Positions 46,769-49,202 of a DNA stretch of 49,202 nt are shown here, piece by piece. The translations under genes and the position numbers were made by a program. The stretch is taken from NCBI GenBank assembly GCA_001600695.1, contig BCKQ01000003.1, positions 1,277,934 through 1,327,135 on the forward strand, read 5' to 3'. Each line of letters starts with the position of its first letter. Position 1 is the first letter of the stretch. The stretch comes from Ascoidea asiatica JCM 7603 (Eukaryota > Fungi > Ascomycota). The notes beneath the pieces are model-generated. The model had not been told where the DNA came from. It did not search any database and worked only from the letters and a program-made list of their open reading frames with translations.

Positions 46769-47167
46769 ATACGTTAGCCTTACATCAATTGAATATATTA
46801 ACAGATTAATTAATTAAATATGTAATAAATCAATCAATGCCGAAGTTAATTAAACTTCTCAACGGTCACAAGTTGTCAATTACAAACAATCGATAATAAC
46901 ATTTTGAATTTTATTAAAAATCTACAATTCTCCTGGATAACAAATTCCTATTAATAAAGTATTGATAAATGAATTTCATATCAATTCAATCAAAAAAAAA
47001 AAAAAAATTGATTAATTCTTTATTCTTTATATTCTCTTCATTAATTATTTTTTTTCCAATTTTAACTCCTTATTTCTATAATTAGTCATCATTACTTACT
47101 CTTTATTTAAATCATAAAACAATCTCTTTTTTTCTTTGATTTCAAAAATCACCTCCTGATTAGGTAC

Positions 47168-47945
47168 TGTTGACAGAAATGCTTCAACAATCATTTTTGA
47201 CCTCAGTTCTTTAATACTAAGTTATGATCCCGTAATTATTTTTTTGTTTTAATTTTTTTATGTGTTTCAATTTTTATTATCTGTTTCACTTTTTTAATTC
47301 AATTTTTATTATGTGATTTAATTTTTATTATCTGTTTTAATTTTTTGTTTCAAATTTTATCACGTGATTAATTTGTATATTTATTGTTTTATATTTTCGT
47401 GTTTGTTTATTTATTTTTCCATTAGGCAGTTCTTTGTTTACATTTCGGAGACCAGCATGATATATAAAGAGATATTGAAACACTTATAATTATTTTAATT
47501 TCATTTTAGTTTATTTTTCAAATTATTATTAATCTTTATTATTTATATCACATGTCAAATAACTTAATAATTTTACCTTTCCCCTCCTTAATTGTAACAA
47601 CTAACCAATTTGAAAATAATTTTGGACTTTATCTCTCTCCTATTTCGGAATTTTATGTTCAACGTAAAGACACAATTTTTTTTATTGCTGATTCAAGTGA
47701 TATTTCTATTAATAATAAAAGTAAAAGAATGTTTCAAAACTTAATTAATGCAACTGCAATTCGTATAATCATTTCAAAAAAAAAAAAAAAACAAATTACT
47801 ATAAAAAGCTTTAATCTTGTTCTTTTTTTCTTTTAAATTTTATTAATTTATGAATTATCATCATTCAATTTGTTTTGAACAACCTCAACTTATTAATAAA
47901 TATTATTTGTTAATATTGAATAAAGAAATCTGATTTTTGTAAACA
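47168..47945 (+). mobile_element. 5' LTR of an LTR retrotransposon (~778 bp)
   Basis: TG...CA ends with an 11/13 inverted repeat (TGTTGACAGAAAT...ATTTTTGTAAACA), internal tandem repeats, TATATAAA at 47461, and a PBS 7 nt downstream. An alternative 5' boundary is 47435 (TGTTTACA). Confidence 0.6.
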
Positions 47946-47952
47946 AAAAATG

Positions 47953-47970
47953 TGGTGGTCCCTAGAAGGA
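47953..47970 (+). other. Primer-binding site complementary to the 3' end of tRNA-Ile(AAU)
   Basis: TGGTGGTCCCTAGAAGGA versus the recalled Candida-type tRNA-Ile(AAU) complement TGGTGGTCCCTAGCAGGA (17/18). Confidence 0.75.
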
Positions 47971-48485
47971 AATTTCACCAATTTTATTGTTTTCTGTTTC
48001 AAAATTTATTATCAAATATCACAGTGTTGGTAATAATGTGGGTCGAATTAGCTGCAAAACATCTTCTTCATCACAGTATCCATTTCATCTAATTACATAT
48101 CTTTTTAATTAATCAATTTTATTAAATGGCATATAGTTGCTAGATTCATTTATTATCATATACTATTTTCAATTATTATTATCAGATCCGTGCTTTATTT
48201 CAATTACTATAAATCTTTATTGATCTATTATTCATTCTCATTAACTATAATATATTCAGAACTACTTTTATTCTAATATACTATTATTGCTAGATTCTTA
48301 TATTAAGCATCACTTATTATATTATCCAATATTACATACTATCACCCTTTTGCTATTACTGTTATTCAAGCTTAACTACAACTATTTCAAAGCTTTAAAA
48401 CCAATATTTATTATCTCTTATATCCCTGCAGATAAACTACTAAAAAAAAAAAAAAAAAAACAACTCTATTTAACTATTTATCATC

Positions 48486-49202
48486 ATGTATTCACCTCCA
48501 GATTCACCAACTTCACCAATCTTACCTATTCACGCTGGACTACCAGCAGGAAGTGAGTTCAATGCATTCAAAATATTTTTTCAATAAGGACAATTCCCTA
48601 ATTATATTCCACTTACAGTCGGAGACATTCCTGACTGGGCAATGATCAATAGTTATTTTAAGGGTTTCAAGGATCATTGCCAGGTATACTCAATTCCTGA
48701 ATATTCAATTATCAACCTTTTAAAAGAAAAAGATTCAAAGAAGCTACACATGTTTTTTACAGTGTTATTCTTACTGTATGAAAGAACATATAAAATTAAT
48801 TGGAATCTCTAAGATGCTGCACTAAAAAGAATGCCTAAGCCAATCAGAAGGGATAATGAATTTAAGGCTACTTTAGAAAAAAAGTATACCGATCTAAAAT
48901 CAAGCTCAAACGAAGAATACAATTTTGAAATCAGTACTTTAGTTGCAATCATTGACTATATGATTGATGACCAAATAAGTTTGGGAAATAAAATTCCATG
49001 GAGAACAATCTACGATTTTTTCAGATCAAAGTACCGCTTCCTATTCACTTTAACTATACCACATTTCCGTAAATTACATCAAGAACTTTCTTCAAACAGG
49101 AAAATTGGTAACCCTGATAAAAATTGGCAACTATTTAGGTAGAAACTTGAAGAAAATTTATCATTTGCAACTCATGATCCATCTAATCCACATTTCTCAT
49201 AT
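48486..49202 (+). pseudogene. Gag-like reading frame with three in-frame stops, running off the right edge
   Basis: A single frame from ATG 48486 (MYSPPDSPTSP...) with TAA at 48585, TAA at 48810 and TAG at 49140. It includes the track's 103-aa ORF and a capsid-like pattern YFKGFKDHCQVYSIPEYSIINLL...W. Confidence 0.65.

Noticed and set aside
47359-47368. ATCACGTGAT as point-centromere CDEI
   Set aside because: No convincing CDEIII is present, and an E-box in the LTR explains it more simply.
47552-47836. 94-aa ATG ORF after the TATA box at 47461
   Set aside because: It lies inside the inferred LTR, runs through homopolymers and has no recognisable motif. It is not called, although translation is not excluded.
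48287-48556. 89-aa ORF
   Set aside because: It starts at TTG, crosses the A19 tract and is out of frame with the gag-like frame.
1-49202. tRNA, rRNA or snoRNA genes
   Set aside because: No cloverleaf or complete box C/D structure was seen by eye; tRNAscan-SE and Infernal would be needed to exclude them.

Overview
This is very AT-rich eukaryotic DNA from a budding yeast (Saccharomycotina). Its poly-Asn, Ile/Lys/Phe-rich proteins resemble Ascoidea-type genomes; that assignment is an inference. Recognisable intronless core genes are POL12, PAN2, RPM2, MRPL15, CBC2, AEP1, PRE3, PAN5, UGP1 and a DIG1-like MAPK/Ste12 regulator. The left ~19 kb is accessory and surface-oriented. It holds a secreted non-catalytic CBM1 (cellulose-binding) protein, an orphan membrane protein, two small cationic GPI-type proteins, two paralogous GH5 (Exg1-like) glucanases with a remodelled active-site entrance, and a frameshifted F-box/LRR pseudogene. 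The right end carries the 5' part of an LTR retrotransposon that the ORF track misses: a ~778-bp LTR with Ste12-type TGAAACA repeats, a tRNA-Ile(AAU) primer-binding site, and a gag-like frame with three in-frame stops. The left end carries a partial ORF with a similar poly(A) leader that may belong to a related element. All gene identities come from recalled motif similarity, not from database searches.
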